Shown here: piece by piece, positions 10,533 through 22,589 of the stretch
How positions within the stretch are numbered: the stretch's first letter is position 1
How the letters are laid out: each line of letters opens with the position of its first letter
Assembly (NCBI GenBank): GCA_023334545.1
Contig: JAADVB010000142.1
Location: 1 to 48,479 of the forward strand
Length of the DNA: 48,479 bases
Direction of reading: 5' to 3'
Origin: Salisapilia sapeloensis CBS 127946
Lineage: Eukaryota; Protista; Oomycota
The notes under the pieces: generated by a model
Databases searched by the model: none
What the model was told of the DNA's origin: nothing
The model's input: the letters and a program-made list of their open reading frames with translations, nothing else
Position numbers and translations under genes: made by a program

Positions 10533-12475
10533 GGTTGATGAAGGTTTAAACTCAGATCCGGTGGTGGTTGCGTTGGAAGCAGCAGATTGATTTATGACCC
10601 ATGTCAAATATCTGGAGAGCACGTATCGATCGAACGGAGATGCTTCTAGCCAGTGAGTCAAGAAAGACTAGAGAGCATAGACTTGATCAATCTTTCTACA
10701 TATCGTAAAAGGTGTGCATACAGGCTCGAACAGTAGACAATAGCTTATTACGCACAGGAGGATACTGGCGCTTCTGCGAAAGTTCGTAATCGAATGTATT
10801 TTCTGTTAAAATACAATGGCTCGAGTGACTTTCTCACTAGAAAGTGCACACGGACAATGCCACGATAAAACGGATAGACCGATCCAACTTGATTGATAAA
10901 GCAATCTTGGTTGTCATTCGAAGGGTCGCAGAGTACCACTTGACACATTCCTGAGTTTTTAGTTGATCTGAACCCACAAGTAAACCCGCGGATCGATCCA
11001 TAAATAGAATGACGTGTACAGTCAAACGTGCTTTATGCCAAAAGTTCCAAAGCAATAAGATCCCACCTTTAACCTAAAATAATTATCATCTACCGTGCGT
11101 TGTTGCTATGCGGATACACCAACATATAAAAGTGGATAGCCCGTCATGTACTCGCGTAGTAGTTTCGAATAGAAATGTCGTGCATTGTCTTCAGCTCTGT
11201 GTATTTGTATGCTCATTGTGTCGATCGCATTGACCTACAATTCGGCTAGATCAGCTCTGAACTTGTGCAAGCTAACAGTACAAATTATGTAACATGACTG
11301 TCAAGATTTACAATTGTACAACTGTTATGGACACTCAGGATACTTGGGTGCTATGTCGTGCCGAGAATGAATACAGTAGCGACCGTTTTCAAACATGAAG
11401 CAACTTTGGATGCTATGGCTACTTCCAAAAGAGTTTAAAACACTCGCAGCATATTTACATTCGTCGTATCATGTAAATGTCATTTAGTAATCCAGCACTA
11501 ATAATTGTGAGTTCTATAATCAGGGCTAGTACTATTTTATCCTTCACTGTATGCGATGGCCTCATATCTACTCCACAGACTACAAAGCATGAAATATTGC
11601 CATTATAGTAGCATGGACGAGCAATTGGTCAAGTCAAAGTGTATACGACTATGTCCATAGGTGTCTGAATAATACCCTTAAGCCTGAAGCAAACAGTACA
11701 AATCAGAGATATAAGACGCAACGTTGACATATCAGGAATGCTTTATTACTCTTGTGCAACGAGACAATGTTTTCGTACATTGACTTCGCGATCAAAATGA
11801 CGAATAAAGAACGTTCGAACTGTCTAGTTAGAAGGTGATTTATGTATTTCCGGCAAATAGAATATCGCCACTGACATATTTGAATTATATTAAAGATAAT
11901 GTTCTTATCGATACTTTGCCTGTACACTGGCTTCGAATTCAAGGTTACCAGATCTTCATAGAGTATACTGTCGCGGTTTCGAGTACTCCTTTTTCGATAT
12001 GAAACCGTTGGATAGAGCATACGCTTTCAAAGAAGCTGCATATGGTATGAAAATGCGCTCTGTAATTCAACGCAGCGTTTGGAATTATCACCGCCCACTT
12101 CTCCATCAATATCCATATATCATGACCATAATGGAAAAGGTAAGAAACCAGGGTACTATTTGAGGGCAAATTGTCAGTGTCTAAAAGTCAATTTGACAGA
12201 ATAATCAATGACAAGCAAGAACACAAAAGGTCGTATACGTTGAGCAGATAATCTGGTATTATGCAAACATATAGTAGCCATCGTAAAAACAAATACGCAA
12301 ACAGTGTATTTGAATTCAATATCCACGTCTTTGGCGATTTATCCTACTCTTACGTTGCAATGCACAGTTCGATTTCTATCAACGTGTATCGTCCGTTCCT
12401 CTGCTATGCTTTGGCAGGGAGCAGCGTCAAGCGTATCGTGGTAGATCGTCGGAAATCGTTCAGGTTGAAGTTGCA

Positions 12476-12625
12476 TTCGATTTACCTGCGCTATTGAGCT
12501 CTTTGCCAATTCAGTGGGACAGAGTACAGTGCGAGTCACAAACATCGCTCAATTATTTCGCCCACAACTGTACTACGCCTGTTCCGAAATAATAGCGAAG
12601 AGCTCAATAGTGCAAGTAAATCGAA
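12476..12625. repeat. Inverted repeat with 28-bp arms (26/28 match) enclosing a second internal stem
   Basis: Arm 12476-12503 TTCGATTTACCTGCGCTATTGAGCTCTT versus the reverse complement of 12598-12625 TTCGATTTACTTGCACTATTGAGCTCTT. Inner perfect stem ATTATTTCG (12552-12560) / CGAAATAAT (12585-12593). Confidence 0.9.
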
Positions 12626-13596
12626 AAGCTCACGGAGTCTTTCGCGCGCTTTTTCAAATTTGCACGCTTCGAGCACCAGGCGTGGATTGCAGTTTTCTCG
12701 AAGATCGTTTTCTCCTGATTGCATCAAAGACAAAGACACAGGTAGACTAAAGCAATAAAGATCGTTTTCGTTGCGAGGACAATTGGGGATTATGCGAGGC
12801 GAAATATGCAATATGAGAATGAGCACGTGCGGACTGTGATCGATATTGTGCCCCGATAATCCCTCTTTTTCCAATCGACGAAAACTGTAGATGGCATCTA
12901 AGGGTATTCGGTCGTAGACCCAATTCGCTCTGAAAACGTAATCTATTGTTAAAATTTCACACAACTCGTGCTACAGCGATCGTGGCAATGGAAACCTCAA
13001 TTCTAACAGAAGGTGGAACGTAAGCGATAAGCTGGACCAGGAATATTAAGCGTCATCTCCTTTGCCACTGTCCGCCATTTGTTTTTGTACTCCTGGTGAA
13101 GGGAAAGTTATATTGAAATGTTTCGATAAGTTTCTAATGACAAGTGGCAAAGCACAATCGGCTATTCTAAACGAGCAAGGATTGCGCGATTCGATTATCA
13201 TAACTAGAATTGCAAAATGTGAATTCTCATTTTTGTTGAATCAGTCTTTAGCGCGAACACAGCCAAACTCTTTTCTGAATCAGCTAAAGCTAGTTTGCAA
13301 CTAACAACTTCGACAACTTCAGGTTTGGAGAGCTGTAAGATGTGAGATAGCAATGTGTCAAGATATATTAATGCCATGGGTACAAGTCGGTCAAGAAACT
13401 TTATGAAAACCACTGTCAATGAACAATGGTATCATTTTTGATGTAATCGAAAAGCAAACGTCCATCTATTCTACATGATTATTTTCCAAACCCTGTCTAA
13501 GAGTACTATATTGAACTTTGAAACAGATCTGATACTATGTAGACACTCCACACCATATTTGTTGACAAGCAAACTTGACACGAAAGCACATCTGGC

Positions 13597-14844
13597 ATGG
13601 CAGCCCCACGTAAGATCATCAACCTCATCTCCGACACCGTCACCCAACCGACACCGGCAATGCGTAAAGCCATTGCCTCAGCAGCTGTTGGAGATGATGT
13701 GTACGGTAGTGATCCCACTGTAAATGCTCTCCAGAAACTGGGTGCCGAGCTCCTTGGCAAGGAAGCAGCGCTCTATGTACCATCGTGCGTTCTTTACATC
13801 TATATGCAATTTACATCCCCTCTCACATATACGTGTGGCCCGTTTTAGTGGAACGATGAGCAATTTAATCGCTCTTGGTGTGCATTGCCGCCGTGGTGAT
13901 GAGATTATTCTTGGTGATAAATCGCACATCTTCTACTACGAAGGAGGCGGTGCCAGTGGTATATCTTGCATATATTCGGTTTTATAAATGTAACCATCCA
14001 TCGCGTTCAATAACGTTATTGAAACTTGCAATAGCATACATGGGAGCAATCTATCATCCGCTTCAGAATGCGTCCAACGGAACATTCTCCATTGATGATC
14101 TAAAAAATGCCATTCGAGGAGACGATCCGCATTTCCCGCGATCATCCCTCGTCTGCATTGAAGATACACACAATATGTGTGGTGGCCGAGTCCTATCTCG
14201 AGACTTTGTCTCCCAAGTGCGTCAAGTTTGTGATGACAACAATCTCAAGTTACATCTCGATGGAGCTCGTTTGGCCAACGCCAGTGTCGCCGGTGGCATC
14301 TCTATGAAAGATCTAGCAGCTCCTGTGGACACTGTGTCGCTATGCTTGAGTAAAGGATTGGGTGCTCCAGTCGGATCTCTTCTAGCTGGCTCGGAGGAGT
14401 TTATTAATCAAGCGAAGCGACTACGAAAGTCACTTGGTGGTGGGATGCGACAGTCTGGTTTAATTGCACAGGGTGGCATTTACGCGCTTGAAAACCATAT
14501 TGAACGACTCAGTGAAGATCACGCGAATGCCAAGAAACTTGCACAAGGGCTGGTAGGTCATTATACTTCCTTGTAGAATTCCTCGACTGACAGTAGTGCA
14601 ATAGTCGGAGGTGCCGGGCGTTAGTGTTGATCTAGAGGAAGTGGAGACAAATATGGTTTTCTTCAGTCTGACGGACGAAGCGAAGTTGGACGGTACGAGT
14701 CTTTGTGATAAACTAGAGGGAAAAGGAATCCACCTTGCTGGCGGGTATCGAAACAATACGAAAATGAGAGCGGTGACAAACCTCCATGTTACGGAAGAGG
14801 ACATTGACTACACGGTTCAGTCTATTCGTGAGCTCGTGCAGTAA
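13597..14844 (+). CDS. GLY1: Low-specificity L-threonine aldolase (PLP-dependent), 4 exons
   Basis: Motifs [23 protein letters not shown] (across intron 13785-13848), LHLDGARL and PLP-lysine motif [14 protein letters not shown], plus [12 protein letters not shown]. Further introns at 13959-14034 and 14553-14604. Confidence 0.95.
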
Positions 14845-15102
14845 GTTCGACGGAACGGATCTAGTTCTGGTTGCTGCACAGGTTTTGCTAATGGCATGAA
14901 AAAGGATGGAATAAAGCGCAGTGCATTGTTCATCTCTTTTTCATACGCTTGGCATTTGTATGCTTCTAATTGTACGTGTACTTTTGGTTGGATCCTAGAA
15001 CTATGGCATTGAATTAGCTTTCCTTTGTGCTCTCAGTTTCTATCGGCGCGCGCTGTCTATCTTTGGCGTTTACTTGCTGCATCGTTGCTGATCTTTCCAA
15101 AG

Positions 15103-16735
15103 CTATCTTGTGCTGAATAACCTCATCAATTGTATCCAACTTCCTTGATATCCACTGCCAACATCAAATGATCGTTCAGCAACCTGTACATGGTCTAGAA
15201 TACGAAGACAACGTACATGTAGTCGAACCATAGCATGCTCTTCTTCAGTGTAGAGTTTACGACTGTCCTTTCGCTCGATAGTTTTAAATCTATCGAATGA
15301 AGCAAATTGGGACGGGTTAAAGCGAGCTGGTAGTGCGAAAGTGACTCGGTGTTTTCCATTTTGTTGCAGAGACTTGTCAAACTTTAAGAGACTTGTGCGT
15401 TCTCTAGCTAGGATGCCTCTACACTCCAACAGCATCACGAACAGAAAGATTAATGTGCGAAAACTCCCGTACGTAAGATTATACTACCGAACAAGTGCTT
15501 GGATTCGAATTGCAGCGGCTTCTTTTAGATCTGAAACTATCTTATCCATTCGAATCCGATGTAATCGACCACGAGTAACACTCTGTCGTACACAACGATA
15601 AATACACATGTCAAATATAGTCGATCAAATGTACTGAACCTGAATCCGACAAACTGCCCGCATATGTAATTCACGTTGTCTACTAGTTTCTTCACGCTTG
15701 CGTCTGCATCGGGTAATGAACTTCTTTAGATTCCACTGCAATATGTCCACATTAGCAGCATTCATCTACCTAACGTATAGTTATTGACATACATTTATTA
15801 AGGCCACAGCTCTTAGTGCTATCGCCTGTTGCCTTTTTACTTCTCGCTTCCGCTCAGCTCTCCTCCTTATAGTCTTCCTCCACATAGGAGAGTAATCTTC
15901 TTCCGCAGGTGATGCCGGGGTTGACATCGATCGTTCGAATTCACGAAGCTGTCCAGTTTACCCATAATTTATAAATATTTTAACAAGTATGTCATCTAGG
16001 AGCTTACATCCATACGAATGCTTTGGGCACCGACGATCGTCTGACGAACAGGATATGATCGTCGCTTATAGATTTTCCGATTTGCACGATAGAATCGTTG
16101 GATTTTGATGGCTGCCCACGATTCTAACTTTACTTTTTCCTCACGCTCTCGCTGTAGTTGCTCCATGAATATATTTCGTTCCTGTGAAGCAATCATTATG
16201 GATAGACAAGAGATCAAAGTTATAACTCGTAGTAACTTGAAGTAAACGGACATACCTCTAGCAATTGGGCATTTAGCCTGCGCTTGGGTACTTGAAGAGA
16301 AGGTAGTCGACGCAGGAATGATACTTTGTCCCGTCTATTCTTTCCAACTTTTCTCTCTTTTCTCGGATTTATTGACTCAGCATACACGTGGGACTGATTC
16401 GAGTGCGGCTCACTGTTAATTTTACGTCGTCCGTGCGAAGATACTGTCTTCTCAGGACGACCTCGAGAATCAAGCATTCGTTCGGTCACTTTAAGTGAGG
16501 TCACACTTGAATGTAAAAGTGGAGTAGTAACTACAAACACTAGCCGTCGATCATCTAGCCCTTCAAAACAAACAGTTTTCATCGCCCTCAAGATTGAAGT
16601 TTCCATTGCATCCTGCTGATTGACCTCAAGTTCTGCGATAGGCATTGCATCTGCAACCTCGTCGTTTTCTGGTTTACTTTCTTTGTCATGAATCGTACAT
16701 GATGCACTTGATACAACATCCATGGAGGCCATCAT
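15103..16735 (-). CDS. Multi-exon IQ (calmodulin-binding) motif protein; 3' end approximate
   Basis: Splicing by eye joins the 16220-16735 ORF to ERNIFMEQLQRE..AAIKIQRFYRANR and then to further exons with RAVCRIQ and AAIRIQALVRGILAR (a canonical IQxxxRGxxxR). Confidence 0.65.
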
Positions 16736-17208
16736 TTCACGCCTACTATAAAGCAGCTAGGCTTCTATCTTAGCGAGCTGTCGATGGAAGAATAGCCAAA
16801 GTCAGGGTACTGGCAGCTTTACTGATATCAGTTTGATCAGATAATTTTAGCACTCGAACTTGGCTGTTACAAGTAATCTCCTGCTAAATGGAAACCACTT
16901 CCATCCGCAACAGTCACATATCTTACTAGACACTAGTGGTCTTTGGACACTTAACGTTAATCTTTATGCGGCATGATGACCGCTAAAGTCGATAATGGAG
17001 GGAGTATGCTAGGTAACCAGGAAAAAGAGGATTGGCTTCAATTTCAGGTACATCATATTCTCTTATTTTTGCTTTATACTCCTTTTACCATATTATCATG
17101 CACGACTAGGAGTTCCTAAAGCAAAGTCGTGTCGTCAATGTGTATGAAGGGGTCTCATTTACCTCAAATTTATACTTTGGCACTCGCAGAACGACCAACT
17201 GTGATGTC

Positions 17209-20200
17209 ATGTCGACAGTCACCACCTCTGCGCCCATTCCTCGGATTCGAGAAAACGAAAAAGATATCTCTTTCGCTAGTGCACCAGTACTAGCAGTTGC
17301 AGATAAAGAGAGCTTGCGGAAGCCTAAACCAAGCAAAGCTCAAGCAGCAAAAGCAAATACTGTTGAAAGTCTCAGCAGAACAAAGCATGTTACAATGTCT
17401 ATTTGTCCGCTTCGCGAAGTACGCAATTCCAAGTTGCATGAGCGTATGCAACTGATAGTAGCATTAAAACATGAAAGGGATTGCTTTATTAGTGCTTTGA
17501 GACAAGAACAGCAACGTCGAATATCTACGGAGATGAAAGCAGCGACCACCATCCAACAGATTATAAAAGGCTATTTACTGCGAAAACGATTTTGGACCGT
17601 GCGAAATAAATTAAGGCTACGAAAACGTGTGCGCATGAGTCTTAGAAAAGTTATGAAGGGTGCCACTCTTGTAATGGGTCAAAAAGGTCGGAGAAAACGA
17701 GTCCGGGAAGCGAAAGGTATTGCGGCAATCAAAGTACAAACAGCTTTTCGAAGATGGTCTGCAGAAATCTACGTAGCAAAAGAACGCCACATCCAAGAAA
17801 TTGAATACCGAGATCAATGCGTACGCCGTGTTCAACGTCAAGTGCGAAAGAGTATAGCTAGAGTCTGTGTGTCAAATCTCCGTGTGCGTAAAAGAGAGGA
17901 ACTTAAGCTTTCTTTAGCACGGTTTGTCTCGAAAATTCGTGCTGGGTATCAAGACAGACAAAAAGTTAGACGAATACATGTGCAAAGAGGCCTAGAAGCT
18001 TGCCGACGAATCCAATCTCTCTGTCGGCAGTACTTGGCAAGAAAGGTATTTCGACAGTATATTGTACGTCGTCACCAGCAGTTGCGACTGAGAGCTTGCG
18101 TATTAATCCAACGGCTAATTCGTGGCTACCTTCGACGTGCTGAAGTACTTCGACTCCGGTCACGAGAGGCAAAGATAATTGTTGAAGCAAGTGTACTATT
18201 CATCCAGAGAATGGTTCGAGCATTTCTTGGACGTAGGAGAAGTAAATACTATCACATCTTCTATCAGCATGATCAAGCATGGAAGATAGCGACACATTTG
18301 AACCGCATCGTTCGAGGTTTTCTTGCTCGTAGGTTGTGTCAGATCGAAAGATTACTACAGGAAGAAGATTTGTTAGCACAAACGCGGCTTGGTAATTTGT
18401 CAGCAGTCATGGATTTGCTGGACGGCTATGGCATCGTTGATGAGCCTGTAGACATCACAGTTACCAGTTCAAAAGCGCAAAACAATGTACTTCATATCGC
18501 TGCTAAATTTGGACAAAATGAAATCGTGACCTATGTGCTTCCGAAGATACTAAGTGAATATCCGTCGATGGTATATGCTTATAACAAGCACGGGAAAACT
18601 GCAGTCTATCTTGCGATTGAGCACAATAATGAAGACATTGCACTGTACATGCTAACAAAAAGCTCTCAGCTCTTTGTAGAGTCGACCTTAAGGTCTGACC
18701 AAGTAGAAGGCAATACCAGAAAGCGTAGACTTATTCTACATGCTGCGCGTCATGGAGCTAGTAACGTCGTCGAAAAGCTGTTTCTACTTTTTCCTGATGT
18801 GTACACTGGAAGCGAGGTGGATTCATGGACAAAGAGAACTCTTCTTCATGAGCCATTGTCATTGATGAGAAGCATTTCGAAACGTGAACTGGAAACTGAA
18901 CAGAAGCAACGAGAGGAAAGGTTGATTCGGACAATGAAAACAGTACTTGAAGCCGCTCCACAATGTGATATAGATGCACAAGACATTGTCGGTTTTACAC
19001 CACTACATTACGCTTGTGAAGTAGGATGCCCATCCGCGGTTCGGCTTCTACTTTCCAAAGATGTAAATGCGTTTGTCGAAGACACCAACCACCGTATGCC
19101 GTGGCAAATTGCGCTGCGATGTAAGAGCCAATCTTGCTTAAATGAATTACGATTAGCCCATCCGAAAGATGATGCGAAAAAGCCTAACAATACATTAAAG
19201 AAGTCCAGCATATATGGTGATAATGATATCCCCACAACTGGTGAGGATACAGAACGTCAGTCTACACCAAGTCACTTAAAGTCACAGGGAGCACAAGGTA
19301 TTTATCCCCAGTTAGATGAGAAACTCCTTCAAGTATGCTACGAAGGTAACCTAGAAAAAGTCATGTTGTATATTGAAGAGTTTGGGTGCTCTGTAAATTG
19401 CATGGACACTACAAGGTCCAACGACTCTCTACTGCATATTGCATGTCGAGTGAAAGAACTAGCCATCGTAAAGTATCTCATGTCCTTCAGTGATCTGAAT
19501 ATTGAGCACATTAATGCTCAAAATGTTGATGCTCTCTCGATAGCGCTAGATGTTCCTGAGATCGCAGAGTACCTTATATATCATGGAGATATAGACTATT
19601 CAAGGCCATATGCAGGATCCAGTCGCTCCGTGTGCCATGAAGCTGTACGACGGGGATATGATCTCCGAAAATGGTTGGATTGGTCATTCGCAGATGCTCT
19701 CGAACGCATGTTTGTCATTGATATGGAGCAGCGGACGCCACTTCATGATGCTGCCATTGGATCTCAAAACGCCACTGGCCAAATGCTCATTAATATCGGA
19801 GTCAACGTTAACGTACAAGATCGAATGAACCATCGAACGGCTTTACACGAAGCATGTAGAGCTGGTAATTCGCACATCGTGGGTCGAATCATGGATGTTA
19901 GTCCAGGCACAGTTAGCCTACGAGATAATGACGGCCGGAGCCCATTTTTTGACGCTGTTTCCTCTAAGAGCATTTATTGTGTGGATTTGCTCCAGCCTCA
20001 GGAAAGAAATGGACATCTTATGAAATATACATACACAGAAACAATTTCCAATCAGGCTGATAACGACGGATGGACACTACTTCATGAAGCAGTTCAGCAT
20101 GAGGAAGAGGATATGAAACCCATGGTAATCCATCTATTGCATGGGTGTGGTGAAAAAGGAGTGAAAGCAACCACTAAAGCAGAACACTTGACACCACTTC

Positions 20201-20768
20201 ATGTTGCTGCCAAGCACGGAAACGTATGGGGTATGGAGCTGCTGCTACAGGCGAATGCTCGAGTAGATCGGGTGAAAAATCGGGATGGAGAAACTGCCAT
20301 GCAATACGCGGCAAAGTTTGGCCGGGTAGAAGCTGTTCAATGGATGCTCGATACACATCCCGTGAAGCGATCGAAGAAGCAAACTTCTAAGACCACATTA
20401 CTGCATTATACAGCCTACTGTCTAGGTCATCAAGATGAGAGTCATGTTCAGTCTGCTGTAGAACTCGTAAACTTACTGATCGACCGACAACCTACATCGT
20501 TGACAGCGTTCGACGACCTCGGTTACCAACCTCTCCACGTTGCATCCGGCAACTCACCCGACTATCAAATCGTATCCGAAGCTGTTGTGCGAGCACTCAT
20601 TTCTCGCGGTGCCCCTCTTACAGAGAAAAGTAAAAGCAAGACGCGAGAAACTCCAGTAGAAGTCGCACTGCGATCAGGTCCATCTAGATTACCATGCCAA
20701 CTTTCCATACCGCTAACAACATGATAGGTAACATACGTATCGCCGACATACTCAGCAAAGGACAATAA
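17209..20768 (+). CDS. IQ-motif and ankyrin-repeat protein
   Basis: The track ORF opens on GTG at 17140, and the first ATG is at 17209. Many IQ motifs (IQQIIKGY, IQRLIRGYLRR, IQRMVRAFLGR), then more than 10 ankyrin repeats (TPLHYACEVG, TPLHDAA, TPLHVAAKHG). Intron 20678-20727 (CTAAC branch point) completes the last repeat as ALRSGNIRIADILSKGQ-stop. Confidence 0.88.
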
Positions 20769-20871
20769 AGTGTTGCAAACTCTGATACAATTCATAACTA
20801 GCCAATCAAAACTCTTCCCTCGTACATAACTTACGACATTTCAAAATCACAAACGCCACATTTGGCAAAGG

Positions 20872-22488
20872 ATGCCTCGCGGAGTCGAGTTAAACGCCAT
20901 AACGCCTAGTCGTGTCTCTTCAGCAAAGGTAGTGATATGGCCAGAGGATCGGCATGATCGACAACTGGAACAGGAGAAAAAACAGGCTTATGCAGAAGCT
21001 TTGGCGCAGCAAATTGAGCTACGAAGAGCTCGTAAGCGACAAGAGGAGCTCGAGAATCAGTACTTGGAACGACAGCCAGCAGAAAACTCTCCGTCAAGTT
21101 GGTTGGTGAATGGAGGTTCCTTTTTTCCTTCTACACCACGCACTCCTGATAACGGCACGAATCTGCCTTCTCGACCACGTACCTCTGACAGCGGTGTAAT
21201 GCCACCGCCTGCACCAACGACGCGTCAGCGTGTACCTCCACAGGATGATCAGGGACCTCAAACTGGAGTTCGTACTAGCCAGACATTTACTCGTTTCCGT
21301 CCTCATAATGAAGAAGACGGGTACGAACGTTCCAAGGCACGAGCTCAGCAGCAGGAATGGAAACGCCTGTTGGATGAACAGGTACAAGAAAAACAGCGAC
21401 GGAGGAGAGCAGAGGAACAAGACAACCAGGACGCAGACAGACAATATGCTGAGCAAGAGGCTGCATACAATCGAGAACAACAAATTCGAGCTCGAAAACG
21501 CTTCGGTCTTGCTCTCCATGACCAAGAGCCATCCAACCAAGCCACGGAGCCTTCTATATCTCCACAAGATTATCCATCGTACCAGCAGGCACAGACCCAG
21601 CAGGGATATACATACGATTATGGTGTATCTAGTCCAAACATGTCCATGGAACACGTTCCTACATACCACTACCGACAGCCGAGTCCCCAAATGTCCATGC
21701 TATCTAGAGTCGATGCACGTGGACATGCAAGCACGCATCAGAAGGACGTAGAAGAATCTAGTCGTAGACAATTACTGGATGAATATCGATATCTCTTAGC
21801 TGAAATACGACAGGAACGATCTGCTCTACAACAAGAACGACATCAAGTCCGTCAAGAGCGAGAGGAGTTGCAGTTGGAACGAGAGATGCTCCAGCTAGAA
21901 CATCAAAAGCTCGCAGCTTTAATGGAACAGCAAAGCGACATGAAGCAAAAGCAAGTCTCAACTCTCTCCGACAAACAATCCTCGTCTTCCCGTAACTTTC
22001 GTGGGAAGCTGGAACAGTCGATGGCAGCTCTATCCGTCCAGAACCATCCGCGACAACAGTCCTGGCTAAGGTCACCGTACCATCGACCTCCACCAAAGAC
22101 ATCAAGGCAGTACGCACCAGCACTGACAGAGGAAGAAGAAACGAACTCAATAGGAGAGTTGAATGGAGACAGTGTCTTTGTCCCTCTAAGTCCAGGACGA
22201 CAGCAAGTGCAGCGTACAGCGACTTCCTCTCCAAAGCAATTGCGGAAGAGGATGCAGACTTCGCGACATGACGCATCGTCGGCATCTATCGAGGACAACA
22301 GGGTCATACAAAGTCGAGGCTTCTACGATATCGATGGCGAGATACAAGACCCGTCACCCCCACGCCGTAGTTACATGCGTGAGATGGCGGATGCGAAACG
22401 AGAGATGCCAGAGAGTATGACACCTCCAGCATCTCCAACTAATCGTCCTGCGTCGGACTATGAATCGAGTGATGAAGAAGGATTGTAG
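20872..22488 (+). CDS. Coiled-coil protein with CCDC66/CSPP1-like segments
   Basis: 538-aa ORF. Segments KQAYAEALAQQIELRR and QQEWKRLLDEQVQEKQRRR resemble CCDC66-type repeats; the family call is tentative. Confidence 0.7.
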   Translation: MPRGVELNAITPSRVSSAKVVIWPEDRHDRQLEQEKKQAYAEALAQQIELRRARKRQEELENQYLERQPAENSPSSWLVNGGSFFPSTPRTPDNGTNLPSRPRTSDSGVMPPPAPTTRQRVPPQDDQGPQTGVRTSQTFTRFRPHNEEDGYERSKARAQQQEWKRLLDEQVQEKQRRRRAEEQDNQDADRQYAEQEAAYNREQQIRARKRFGLALHDQEPSNQATEPSISPQDYPSYQQAQTQQGYTYDYGVSSPNMSMEHVPTYHYRQPSPQMSMLSRVDARGHASTHQKDVEESSRRQLLDEYRYLLAEIRQERSALQQERHQVRQEREELQLEREMLQLEHQKLAALMEQQSDMKQKQVSTLSDKQSSSSRNFRGKLEQSMAALSVQNHPRQQSWLRSPYHRPPPKTSRQYAPALTEEEETNSIGELNGDSVFVPLSPGRQQVQRTATSSPKQLRKRMQTSRHDASSASIEDNRVIQSRGFYDIDGEIQDPSPPRRSYMREMADAKREMPESMTPPASPTNRPASDYESSDEEGL

Positions 22489-22589
22489 GTTCGTACGAAC
22501 GTGAGTCTCATTTCCCAATTGCACTTGTTTCTACTACTCCACTCGCGAACGAGGTCTGTATACATCTACGAACAACTGGACAGTGATCA

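Noticed and set aside
13615-13640. Threonine aldolase has NLISDT in place of the common DLRSDT
   Set aside because: SDT and all PLP-binding motifs are intact, so a single substitution is not enough to infer altered function.
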